In this document: piece by piece, positions 13,356 to 25,800 of the stretch
How positions within the stretch are numbered: the stretch's first letter is position 1
Layout of the letters: every line of letters starts with the position of its first letter
Origin: Paragordius varius
Taxonomy: Eukaryota; Animalia; Nematomorpha
Assembly (NCBI GenBank): GCA_964247055.1
Contig: OZ176059.1
Span: 124,001-188,000 of the forward strand
Length of the DNA stretch: 64,000 bases
Direction: 5' to 3'
Translations under genes and position numbers: made by a program
Notes under the pieces: model-generated
Databases searched by the model: none
Told to the model about the DNA's origin: nothing
Seen by the model: the letters and a program-made list of their open reading frames with translations, nothing else

Positions 13356-13884
13356 TTCCCACGGTTTCATTCAAGCTTTTTTCTTACTCATGACAATATA
13401 TTTTTTTAATATTGTGCGATAATATTTATTTAAATATTTACTAAAATACTTATATTTAACAACTTAAAAGCAAAAAATATTAACTTTGTTTATAAAATAA
13501 AATTATAACTTTACCTTATATATTTAATAATTATTATATTAGAAAAAAATTCATCCGTTTGTCTTTACCTTATGCGTGTCCTCTTAACATAATATATATA
13601 CAGATAAATAGATAGATATGTGGGAACGTGTCTCACAAAAACCTATTATTAAAAATATACAGTGGCGTATGGCATAAAACAATGTTAGTCCATAAATGAA
13701 TAAATAAATAAAAAAAGTTTTTTTGAAAAATAAACCTTGTTGTATGCATACACTTATCCATAATATCCCATTGTTTTTAAATTAAACATTTTTTTATTTT
13801 TTTTATGGACATATATGTGGTTTTATGCCATACCCCACTGTATCATGTTATTATATTTTTTTTCACAAACTTTTTTTTCTCACA
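13356..13884. promoter_or_regulatory. Upstream cluster of CSL/Su(H) consensus sites (YGTGRGAA)
   Basis: CGTGGGAA at 13356-13363 (minus), TGTGGGAA at 13619-13626 (plus) and TGTGAGAA at 13877-13884 (minus), 0.7-1.2 kb upstream of the HES ATG. HES genes are canonical Notch/CSL targets. Confidence 0.6.
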
Positions 13885-14061
13885 CACACACACACACACA
13901 TAAAATACTCTCTACCTTCCTTACATATAGATAAAGACTTTACAGTAACGTATGGTATAAATATAGGTCCGTCCATCATCAAATAAATAAAATAGATGTT
14001 AGAGTAAGAAAAAAGTTGTTTAATTACAACCATTTCTTGTTTTTAACCATACCGTACTGTA
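13658..14061. mobile_element. Two short TA-flanked MITEs (TIR TACAGT(A/G)(A/G)CGTATGG)
   Basis: Copies at 13658-13842 and 13941-14061 have inverted ends ...CCATAC(C/G)xxACTGTA. Further copies lie at 16533-16652 and 16872-16978, and a related element at ~44495-44610. Confidence 0.75.
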
Positions 14062-14541
14062 TACTTACTACAATATTAAAGCGTGTACAACACTACTAAC
14101 TAAATATAAGGTAAAAAGATTAGATAATGTAAAAGAACCATTTGTTTAAACATATATAAATATGTATATGTATATATTTTTCCCTTGTCACAGGCCAGCA
14201 TCAAGCATGTGTCAGTTTGTCGAAGTTTGATTACCTTATAATATTGAAATATTATAGGTATACAATTTTTTACTTTTAAACGATAAACTAAAAAAGTATC
14301 TATCCCTTCTATTATATTTTTCTCTTATATTTTTACGGAAATCCAAAAACTCTTTTCTCAATTCAATCTATCAATCAGTTAATCGATTAATTAATTGTGA
14401 ATATTTTGATTGTGTTAAAATATCCATATGCAAATATTTTAAATTTTCCATTCATTTTCATTTCTAAATTATCATTTTGTGACTTGAACAATCCCATTGA
14501 ATTCTTTTTAAAATTATTAATTTGTCCATTAAAGTATAACT

Positions 14542-16088
14542 ATGCTGTTCACTGCTTCGAATCACATAGCATCCAATGCTAAGCAACCCGAAATATGTAA
14601 CCTACCTGCCCCAGAAAGAAGAAAGGTATGTATAAAACTTTTCCCGTTAAAATCTTATTTTTCAAATTTTAAACAAAAAGTTAATTTCCTTTCCCCCCAA
14701 AAAATATTAGATAATGAAACCTATCCTGGAAAAACGTCGGAGAGATCGTATCAATAAAAGTTTGACTGAATTAAAAACACTAATTTTAGCGCTGACCGAT
14801 AAAGAGGTATTTAACAATACTACAAATATATATACTATTTTTTATTCAAAATATACTTAATATATTTTTTTCAATAATAAAACAACAGGAACCGTATGGA
14901 ATGAAAATGGAAAAAGCCGATATACTCGAAATGACGGCAAATTATTTGAAAACGTTGTCAAAAACACTTTTACCGGCCAAAAACATACAGGGACACACCA
15001 CTGGAAAGAGAAGGAATATTGGAAATCTTGAGGATTCCTTAAACAATGTTGACGGCAATAATGAGATTATACCGTCTAGCCCATCACGCGACTCATTGTC
15101 AGATAGTACAGGATCCATCACGTTCGATGATTGTATAAACTCAAGCTTTGAAGGCAACACATCAATCCATAATAATGAAAATAACACAGTTATAACTGAT
15201 TCATCAAAAAACACCAGTTTGAATTATAGTATGGATGCGTCTGAATATTACACATATATGAAACTTATAGCTCCACCTGAATCTCAGGGGAAAGACAACA
15301 AACTACAAGCGTCCCAAAAACTCAATAGAGCTAAGAATCAATCAAAATCCCAAACTGCCAATATCAATTTCAAAAATTCATTTAGCGCTAATATGGATGA
15401 AAATAAGAAGGGAAATTGTAATGATAATAAAACTAATCCAATTTCTCCTTACAGATTCCCCAACACTGACGAAGATATCTTAAATGACATAATAAAGAAT
15501 GAAAATTCTTTCTCTAAGCACAGCCATAAACAACACCGTCCAAAAGCTGAAAAACAATCGTACACTAAAGCTCACGATAAACCATACGCAAAACTTGGGC
15601 AAAAAACTGCAGGAATATCCCAAGCCTCTCACCCAAACACATGCAATACAACTAATAATAGTAATCATTTAGCAGATACCACAACGAAAAATATGGATAA
15701 TTGCAATAAAAAACTAAAAAACCAACTTCACATATCTCCAGCGATAAATAATTCTCAACCCATTCCTCTTAGCAAGCCACAATCTTCTACAGTGTCCACA
15801 GAGGATCAAACTGTAAATGCAGTGGTGTCGTCACTTTTAATGTTACCTTATGCCCGGAGCGCACATAATCATCAACAACAACCCTTGTTAAATTTCAACA
15901 ATATCACTCATTCCAATCTTCTTAGCCATGTTTCGAAGGAACCTCATTCTAGTGTTGACTTGAGCGAAAATTCCAAATTTCAAGAAAATAATGTTAATAC
16001 ATTATGGTACAATCCTATGTCAAACCTCTTATTAGATAATTTGCATCAGCAAATGATTGCCGCATCTATGGTGTGGCGCCCTTGGTAA
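14542..16088 (+). CDS. hes: Hairy/Enhancer-of-split (HES) family bHLH transcriptional repressor, ~459 aa, C-terminal WRPW
   Basis: Exons 14542-14625 (MLFTAS...PERRK|gtatgt), 14711-14806 (96 nt; IMKPILEKRRRDRINKSLTELKTLILALTDKE) and 14889-16088 (EPYGMKMEKADILEMTANYLK...WRPW*). All introns are phase 0 GT-AG at positions typical of HES genes. The basic-region proline is HES-type rather than the HEY glycine. Confidence 0.95.
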
Positions 16089-16762
16089 AATCATAAACAC
16101 AAATCTAAACAGTTTAACATTATAAGCGGGTAAGGAATTCAGATGAACCTGAAGAACAATATAAATATTTGGTGGTTTTCAAATCGAGACTTTATAAGAT
16201 TTCCGACAATTAAACATAAAAATTATTTGATATTTATACGTATGTTATATAATCTTACATAAGTATATATTTGTTATCTATTATTACATAAATTTTCACC
16301 AAACAAATCAAATTTTAATTATTAGATTCCTCTTGTTATAATTATGATGACTATGCATTAATTAATTACATTATATACTCAATTCACCATTTTGTTGAAT
16401 AATACTTTTATATGTTAGCAAATAAATTGTTATGAGAATATAATTATATTTTTTTGGCCGAAATTTAATCAAAATATTATCAGTAAAATAAATTTGATAT
16501 GGACTTCCCCCATCTTAAGGAATCTTATCAATATACAGTAATGTATGGTAACAAACAACGAATGGTTGAAATTAAACTATTTCCCTATGTTTTAACATAC
16601 ATTGTGCTTATTTTTTAATTATGGACAGACTTTTTTTCTCATTCATTGCTGTATGCTTCAGATATATATAATGAGGCCTTGTGTCTTAAGGTAACACATA
16701 ACTTTTAAGTAGTATGTTAAACAATTCTACTTTTGCTTTTTTGGTAATTCGATAAATTTATG

Positions 16763-16810
16763 CGTGAGAAAAAAGTTTTTATCTTTTAAAAGTGTGCGTG
16801 TGTGTGGGAA
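16763..16810 (+). promoter_or_regulatory. Downstream pair of CSL/Su(H) consensus sites
   Basis: CGTGAGAA at 16763-16770 and TGTGGGAA at 16803-16810, ~0.7 kb 3' of the HES stop. Confidence 0.5.
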
Positions 16811-19262
16811 AATTTTTTTTACATAGAGACACGCACATCACACGCATATACGAGGAAATACAGTGATACATTACAGTAACGTATGGTAACAAACAACAAA
16901 TGGTTAAAATACATTTTTTTGTCTATACTCTAACATGTAATTTCTATTATGATTTGTTTTATACCATACGCTACTGTATTATTTTAATAAATGTGTAATA
17001 GCCAACCAAGACTTATATATGTTTTACCTTTCTTTCTTTTTCTCAGTCTCATGGAAAGGTGTGTGTGACAGAAGACACTTGCTTATAATAACAAAACTGA
17101 CAATGCTTATTGTCTTTTACAGATATTGTCGATATAATATATGATGTTTACGCTTATGTAAAAATGTAATTATTGTATTTTTAAATTAGAAATGATTAGG
17201 CTTATCATATATAGTTGTTTTAGGTTTGCGATAATCTTATGATACACCTTTACTTTTTGATTTATATCAATAAGCAAACTCAAACCGCATACTGTACTGT
17301 ATTAAAAAATACAATGGGCATGATTCCTAAATACAATAGAGGTGTATATGAAAATAAATGACAATTGTGATACTTAAATTTATAATAAGTTTCTCTAAAA
17401 TTTTGATATGATTTTTTTATATGTTTGATCGTGTGCCAAACAAGGTGTAATTTATAGAGCAAAAAATTTTTTAAAAATACCCTTGTTTTTAAAAAGATAT
17501 TAAGCATTTTCCTTTAAATGACTTAAAAATTTCCAAAAATTTAAACGAATATAAGTATAAAATTTTAAAAATCCACACTTCTTTCGATTTTTTTAGGCAA
17601 TGACATTTTGAATAATTTTCTAGCTCAGTGCTTAAAATAGTAGGCACGCTGGGGCTTATTAAAAGGTGCTTTGGTTAGAATTTAATTATCAACCCTCTAC
17701 TCCTGTATTGGATAAAATAGTAGATGGTGGTATTTTTTACTTTTATAATCTCATAATCAAGTAGCTCCGAACCCCGGTTGATAGCTGTACATTTTTTAAC
17801 ACTTTATTACCTTTTTTAGTTTTGCCCAATATACCTTTTGGAAGAGTTTTATACCAGAGCTCAATTTTTTAAAACTACAGTTTTGAAAGTTATTTTAGTT
17901 AAAATTTAATTATTAAACATTGTTTTATGTATTATTCGATAAAAAGGCTTATATTTTACAATTTTGTGACTTCTAGAGTCTAAAAGGACAGCTCCATAAC
18001 ACGATCGAAACGAACAGTTGATATTAAAATGAAAATCCATCAAGTTTTTAACGGTAAAATATATTGTGAAAGCTTAAAGTTAATTATTTGCATTCTATAA
18101 CCATATATTACATTTATTTGCCTGGCGTTCGCGATTTAAATGTATACAAAAAATGGCCAAAAAAGGAGATGAGGAATCTTTTACAAAATAGATATTTCAT
18201 AAACAATAAGTTGATTAAATCGACCTAATTATCAAAAACTAAAAATTGTTAAATTATGTTTGCATTTTACAGTCTAACGCAGTGATACTCAAACCACGGC
18301 CCTAAGAGTCCTTTAAAATTGCCCTATGACCAAATTTATTTTATCCTTTATCGATAAAAATTTAAAATAGACATAAACGAATTTTTGCTTTAAATTTAAA
18401 TTTATTTTCTTTAGATTTTATTTTGGTATATTTATTTACCCAATTTGAAATGGAGAAAAATTTCCTTAATTAAAATAATTTCAAAATTTTAGCACACGTT
18501 TTTCTGCTGTATTTTCTTTTCTATTTTGAATTATTAAATTCCTTTTTTTAATTTCAGCAGCCTTTTACCCAAACTTGCATATACATATTCTTTTCAATGC
18601 TATCCTGCATCATTTTTTATAACTCATTCTCAAGTCAACTTCTTTAAATTTCGACCTGTTTAATGCATAATCAAAATTATATTGCTAATTTTTTAGTACA
18701 TAACATTTAAACATAAATTTAAAGAATGACATCTAATGCTTAAAAACGTAAGTTATCCGATGAAAATCCCACCTTAAAAAATAATGGGAAGAAAAATTCT
18801 TTGTCGTTTTAAATAAAAACAGACAATTTACAATTCATCATTTCATAATATACCAGAAAGACATGAGAAAAGAAACGAAAAATATAAAATATAAGAAATT
18901 TTATCAGAAAGAAAAATCTATTATGCCCATAGCTTTCTCCCAGGAAAAAGTTGTAACATTAGCTTCGTATGAAATTTACTATATTTTAGTGATTACCAAC
19001 TAATAAAAGAATGTCTATTTAAATGGTTGCACTTTTTTATTTGAGTTCCATAACAAAGATCGAATCATGAGGCAAATTAAAAAAACTTTAACTTTCTGAT
19101 TCAACATGTTCTTGACGCATTTAAGATATGTCTAAATATATTTTGAACAATACATTATTGGCTCTGAAAAACTTAACACCTCAATGTGCTCTCTTCATGC
19201 AATTTCTCAACGACAACATAATCAACGAGGGATATTTAAAATTTTTACCAATGAATCATACC

Positions 19263-21045
19263 TAAAGTGACCAGACGTCCCGCTTTGGCGGGACAGTCCC
19301 GCTTTTTCACACTTTGTCCCGCGTCCCGCTACGTTTTTAATCCCGCTTTTTCACGATTATATAAAAAAAATATTTTTAATACAAATAAATTTTTTTATCC
19401 GTTTAAATAATTAAATATCTTTAACAATATAAATTTTAAAATAAAATTTTTTATTTTTAAATTGAAAATATTTATTTTTTTGAATTTATATCATATGATT
19501 ATACACTTCAAAAAGCCAAGTTAATACCACAAATCTCTAGATTAAAAGACAAATACCACAAATCGGTAGCTTACACGTTTATTTCAGAAAATTAAGGTAA
19601 TATACTAAATTATCAAAAAGCCAAATTAATACCACAAATCGGTAGCTTAAAAGACAAATTGATACCACTCGGTACCTAACACGTTTATTCCAGAAAATTA
19701 AGGTAATATAATATTTATTATACTAATAGTAGTTTATAAATATGAGCACAAAAAGAGTTTGTAAATTCAACGATGAATTACTGAAGGATTTATAAAAAAA
19801 ACGAAGAATGAATCATCTGTTAAATGTCTTATATGCGAGGGGGAATTTACCCTAGCACATAGCGGCAAGCATGATATTGCAAAGCAAATAGAAACACAGA
19901 AACATAAAAAATGTTTAGGTATGGCGGCATCATCTTACAAGAATGATTTTTATCGAAAAACCGCTTTTGGAAGAAAAGAATTTGGCACTAGCTGAGGGCG
20001 TGTTATTTTTTCACGCTGTTAATCACAATCATTCCTTTAGATCTATGGACTGTACCTCACAGGTTATTCGCATATTCCATAAAAAATTTACATGTGCCCG
20101 TTCAAAGGCTGAAGCCATTGCGTGCAATGTCCTTTCACCACATGCATTTTCTGAAATACAAAAAGATTTGCTGAAAATTAATTTCTTATCCCTATACTCT
20201 GATGCATCAAATCACCATGAAACAAAATTATTTCCCACTTTAATAAGATATTTTGATTCAGAAACCGGAGTAAAAATTAAAATTTTAAATTTTATTTCTC
20301 TGTTCGGTGAAAATTCCGAATACTTCAATAATGCATATTCTAGAAAAAAATAATTTAAAAGACATTATCGCATATTGGGCTGACAACACCAATACGAACT
20401 TTGGTGGAAAAGCAAGGAGGGGAACAAAAAATATTTTTCATAAATTAACAGATAATCTTAATCAAAACATTATTGGCGTTGGGTGTGCAGCGCATATGAT
20501 ACACAACGCTATTCAAACAGCTGCTGATTTGTTACCCCTAGATGTGGAAAATGTAGTTGTTAAAATATATTCCTATTTTTATATATACATGGTACGCGTT
20601 GAAACGCTTAAGGAATTCTGTAAAAATACAGTTCAATATCAAAAAATGCCTGGATATTGTAAAACTTTAATTAGCTCTTCTGCCAGCCTATTGAAAGAAT
20701 TTAAAAATTTGATCCTAAAATCCCATTTTTTATCACAGGACAAATGTCCTACAACTTTAAAAAAGTTTTTGAATTTGATTCTTTAAAAATATGGTTAGAA
20801 TTCTTACATAATGAAGCTTCTCACTTTCAAAATGTTATTAAATTTATAGAAGGTGACAAAATTTCGGCAACTGAAGTAGTTAATGAAATTAGTAACCTGA
20901 AATTCCAATGTCAAGAACGGTTAGAAAATAATTTTATACCATTAACCATCCCCAATATAATAAATAATTTAGAAAAACAAGGCTTAATAAATCGCCAAGA
21001 TATCCTGTACCATATAAAAATTTATTTGGAAGACGACAAATTAAC
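19263..21045 (+). pseudogene. hAT (Blackjack-like) DNA transposon: left TIR plus frameshifted transposase
   Basis: Left end TAAAGTGACCAGACGTCCCG with TCCCGC subterminal repeats and a ~105-bp tandem duplication. ATG at 19742, zinc finger (KCLIC...H...H), catalytic-type DASNH, DNTNTNFGG and GCAAHMIHN (CxxH), spread over three ORFs by frameshifts. 3' end and right TIR not found. Confidence 0.88.
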
Positions 21046-22861
21046 CAATTCACAGAATAAAGTTAGATAAATTCTACAATTAAATTGATTAAAAAGATTA
21101 GGTAAATACAAATGGTCCAATCCCATAATAGTGAATTCTACTAAAAGTGGCTACACAACATCCATCTAAAATTAAATACAAAACAACCAATAATTTCAAA
21201 AAATAAAGTATATCCACTAGGTACAAATAAAGGATTTTTTGTAAGAACCAACTCAATAAAAAAAGCCTAATAAGTACTCGAAAGGACGAAAACTAACAAA
21301 AAAATATAGCCTATCTAAAAGCCGAAGGTTTAAACCATAGAATGCCTTTTTTAGTATTTTTTTAAAAAATTTTATACGTTTAAAAATTCACTTGAAAGAA
21401 AAAGACTAAATTTTGACGTTTAAGTCCGTACTATTTTTTTCTCTCTGATATTTAAATGACATATTTATATTCAAAAGATAGAGATTAAAACACTTATTAA
21501 ATGATATTAAGTTTATATAATAACAATTCATTATAAAGTTATATTTAATTTTCTCTCGATTTTCTCTTGTTGTTGAAAATTGAAAACCTATTTCAAAATT
21601 CTGATTGGCGGGATCAAAAATTTTTTCACATTCGGTTTTAAAACACTGAAATTAGTCATAATTTAAAAGTTTGAGTGGTGGTGCTCAAAAATGTCCAAAT
21701 TTGTCGACTAGTGTATTTAATAGTTGTAAATATTTTTGAGGATGTGACCATTTAGTATCTTTCCCAATATGATACCTCCTTTCCCCAAAAATATTTCATT
21801 CGTTTATATTATTTTAAAAATTTTATTTAAGATTGGCAAATAGTTTTTGTTGGTTTTTGATTTTAAGGATATATTATATTTAAAAACGTTAAAGTTTTGA
21901 ATTATCCTTCTCCTTTTTAAACTTTAACTCAGATACATAAAATGTCCGATGTGAAACGGTTTAAAAATTTTAATTAGTTCAAATTGAAATTAACGAAACT
22001 CAAAATACTTTTGCAAAATTTTATCGAAATTGTAGTTTTATTCATACTTAAAATATTTCAATTTATATGACATTCCTATACTTATTAACAAAGAAAGTAT
22101 ACTATATATACTACTTTTACATGTGGGGGATTGTATAAACATAAATTTTTTATTTAAAATTAAAAAAGTAATTTCAAAATAATATTTTATGTTTGTGTAT
22201 AAATTTTGAATTAGCGCTTTAATGTATCCAACTTATCCTTTCAAATATCCCTAACATTTGATCAAACTACATAATAAAATGGAGAGCTTAGATTTACATT
22301 AAAATCCTTTGTCTTTGTCATATGAACTCAATACTTTAAAACAAACAGTAAATTTAATTAACTAAATAACTTAATCATATGATTAAAAGTATAAGTTAGA
22401 ACAGGGCAAGAAGGCACATATATGAATCACTCAAATATTTTTATATCAAAATCTGATTTTTACATTTTAGATGCATTACTTTTTAATTGAAGCTAAGGAA
22501 ACAGAAAAAATATATATTCGCATTTAGTTAACTTAATTAATGGAAAAAAAATTAAAATCTCAATTGAATTTTTTTGACCCGTAACCCCGAGAATTATATT
22601 TTAAATACTTAATTAGTTTTTCCCTAAAACTATCAAAACAAATATAATATTTACAAATATTATATAAATAATGTGCTGTTATAGTATTGTAGGAAAATTT
22701 ATTTATGGCTGATATATATGATTAAATTGCAAATCAAAATAAAATTTGAATTTATTTATTACATTAGCGCACATGTGTAAGGTATGAAAGCAATATCTAT
22801 ATAAATCTGTCTAATACAGTTAAATTAAATAAAGAACAAATCAGCAAATGATAAATAGTAT

Positions 22862-25800
22862 TTAATCCAAATCATAATTCGCCGTAGAATTCGGAGATGA
22901 CTTACAAGCACATATGGGACAGCCGCGCCCATCAGTTCGCAATCCATAAGCACATTTTATAAATTTAAAACATGGCAAATCCGGACAAACTAAATATAAA
23001 CAAAATATTACCAAATTTCACAATATATCTAAATAATGCAAACCTATAAATTGATTTAATAAGTTGTTTTTTATTTTATTTCCCATATCCAAAAGTCCAA
23101 TAATATTTTTTTTTAAGCCACCAGGAACCATTTTTAACGTCCATAAAAACGTTTTGCAAATCATTATGCGGAAAATCCCAAAATCAATATGCGTACTTTT
23201 CCATATTAATATAAAAATTATTATTATATTTGTAGAGTTATTAAGCATTTAGAACAAACAGATGTGTTTAAATCAAATGACTTCGAAAGCCGCATTTTTA
23301 ACCTGAAAATTCCGGAGGGTTGCATTTAAAAAAACATAAGAGTGTATTAGATTTCAAACATAGGACTGTAAAAAATGCAAACTATTTCGCCTATTTTTGC
23401 AAGTTCATTGCCAAAAATAGAAAGATCAGAAATTTGTTTAAGAAATTTCAATTTTACATGTATTTATGACATAAGCAAACGTGAAATCCATAATTTTTCA
23501 ATTTTTTGCGGGCCGCACTACATAATAACTCGGGGGACCGCTTGTTAGACACTCTTGATAGGAGAACAAATTATTGATGTTAAATAGTAAAAAAATTTTT
23601 ACTATAAAATATTTTTTGGGTAAATGTTTTTAATATGTTAAATCAATTACAATAGTATCTACAGTTAAAAATGTTTCGTAAGATAATAACCTCAAGTTCA
23701 TATAAAAGACAGGTTTAACTGAAACATATTTTTAGGGCGATATTAAGTTGAGATATATAATTTAAATATTATCATAAATAATTTTAGTTTTATACATGAA
23801 AATTTTACTAATAATAAAAGATTGGCAATTTTTTTTGTTCTCATCAGATGTGAAGGTTATATAAGGTTTTTGGTAAAAAAAAATTATATTAAACGCCATC
23901 CTTTGCTGATTGCATTAATATACGTCCTAATTAGCAATGGTGGCCATATGAACCTACAACCTTAATTATACATATATCTCAAACTCATTGCATAAGACAA
24001 GAGTTTGATCTATTTGCCCTGCATTTTAAAAGAACGGTCGTTTTAATTTTTTGAGAGACCGATTTTTATGTCGTAACTTAGTGGTCCTAAATTTAGGATA
24101 CATTAGTTGTATGTACATTAATCATATATGTATACTTAATGGAAGGCATTCGCACAATTGACAACCATTGGAATCCACAGCTAAGCCATAGGCACATCGA
24201 ATGTTACAAGGTGGTCTTGTTGGGCACGGTTCTGTTAACAATATATAAATTTGTAATATCAGGCAAAAAAATGGATTGGTATAATTCCATCCCAACTATA
24301 GGGCATAGAAAATCAATATTTTGAATATAATTGTGCGACAAAAATGTCTAAAAATGATATATCATTCGATAGCTAAAAGCTACAATGTATTAAAGTCTGC
24401 AATTGCCCAAAAAAAGTGTTTTAGTTTATCTGCTGCTAAGAAATCGAGGAACCTACCCTTTCTTACACATTAGGTCCAAATATATTAATTATATTTTTTC
24501 ATTACTTAGAAACGCCATATATATTTTATTAACGTTTTATATTTTTAAAAGGTACTTTAAACATGAAAAAATTCAAGAATTTTTAGCATTAAATTTGGAC
24601 TAGCGCATATATTTTGTTATTTATATATAACACTTATTATATCCACCACATTTTTCTATCGAAAAAAAAATTAATGATATAAAACCCAATTCCAATTTAA
24701 AATGTTCAAGAATTAACATAAATGAAACAACATATAATACAAATGTTATTTTTCAAACAGGAAAAAATATTTAAAAACAATCTATTTAACTTTGAGCTTT
24801 GTCTGTAAAATTAAATAATTTTGGATCTGGCAATCTTTTTCTCATTTAAATAAACGGTAATTTATCATTTTTAACATTTTAGTTTGGATCATTATGGGTT
24901 TATATTCGTTGCTAGGCATTTATCCTATAGGGAAGGTTATTTTTGCTTTTTTACTACAATTAAAATCAAATCATATTTTTAATAAAAAATATGCTTATAA
25001 TATTTAAATTAAAATGCAATGATATAATATAAAAGCCCAATTTTCAAGAGATAAAGTATATAGTTATTATATTTTTAAATATGAGTAACTAGAGATATCC
25101 AACACGAATGACTTCGCGAGACGTATTTTCAGCTCAAAAATTTCGAAGGGGCCTCTTAAAAAAATAACAATCATCAATAAATTTTTCATAATAATTTAAT
25201 CATAAGTTTTCTAAAAAATTTAGGGCCATAATACATTAATCATTAATTTTGTTTATACCGTTGGTAGAATTGGAAAAGATAAATACAGGTTTGCCTCCAT
25301 TTTTAAAAATTAAACATCTCTGGTTTCTTTAAACACTTAAATTGGAAATAACAAGGAATATATAAATTAAATAAACATGGGCATTCTATTTAATGTTTAA
25401 ATTTTACTTATTATCTTTTTATATGATAGTTGTCCCACTTTAAACTCTAGATATCCGCCCTTGCTCAAAATATTTTTCCATTTCACTCTTAAACATCTCA
25501 AATTCATTAAAAATATGTGGTTTAGTGCTATAACTTATAAAATTATGATGAAATTAGCACAATCATTTTTACTCTATTATTAAATTGTTAAATTTCATTG
25601 TTTTTAAAAAATATATTTTAATTATAAATGTCTACTCTTAAAAAAAGCTGTGGTGAACAAATTTTTGAGGGTAACGCAAGTATTTAAGATTAAATTAAGT
25701 TTAATAGTACATTTTTTGATATATCAGCCAAATTTAAATCTATTTTTTTCATATTTATTGAAATTATGATTGTAAAAAAGTCTGCCATAATTTACTCTTA

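Noticed and set aside
13300-13900. Canonical Su(H) paired site (head-to-head, 15-17 bp spacer)
   Set aside because: No pair with that geometry. The 13619 site is followed only by a mismatched inverted site at 3-bp spacing.
16089-16450. K-box, Brd-box, GY-box or miR-9 sites in the HES 3' UTR
   Set aside because: No exact TGTGAT, AGCTTTA, GTCTTCC or ACCAAAG seen by eye in the presumed UTR.
18950-19255. Possible second hAT transposase relic (LASYEIYYIL...IKECL)
   Set aside because: Too degraded to support as a feature beyond two short motif resemblances.
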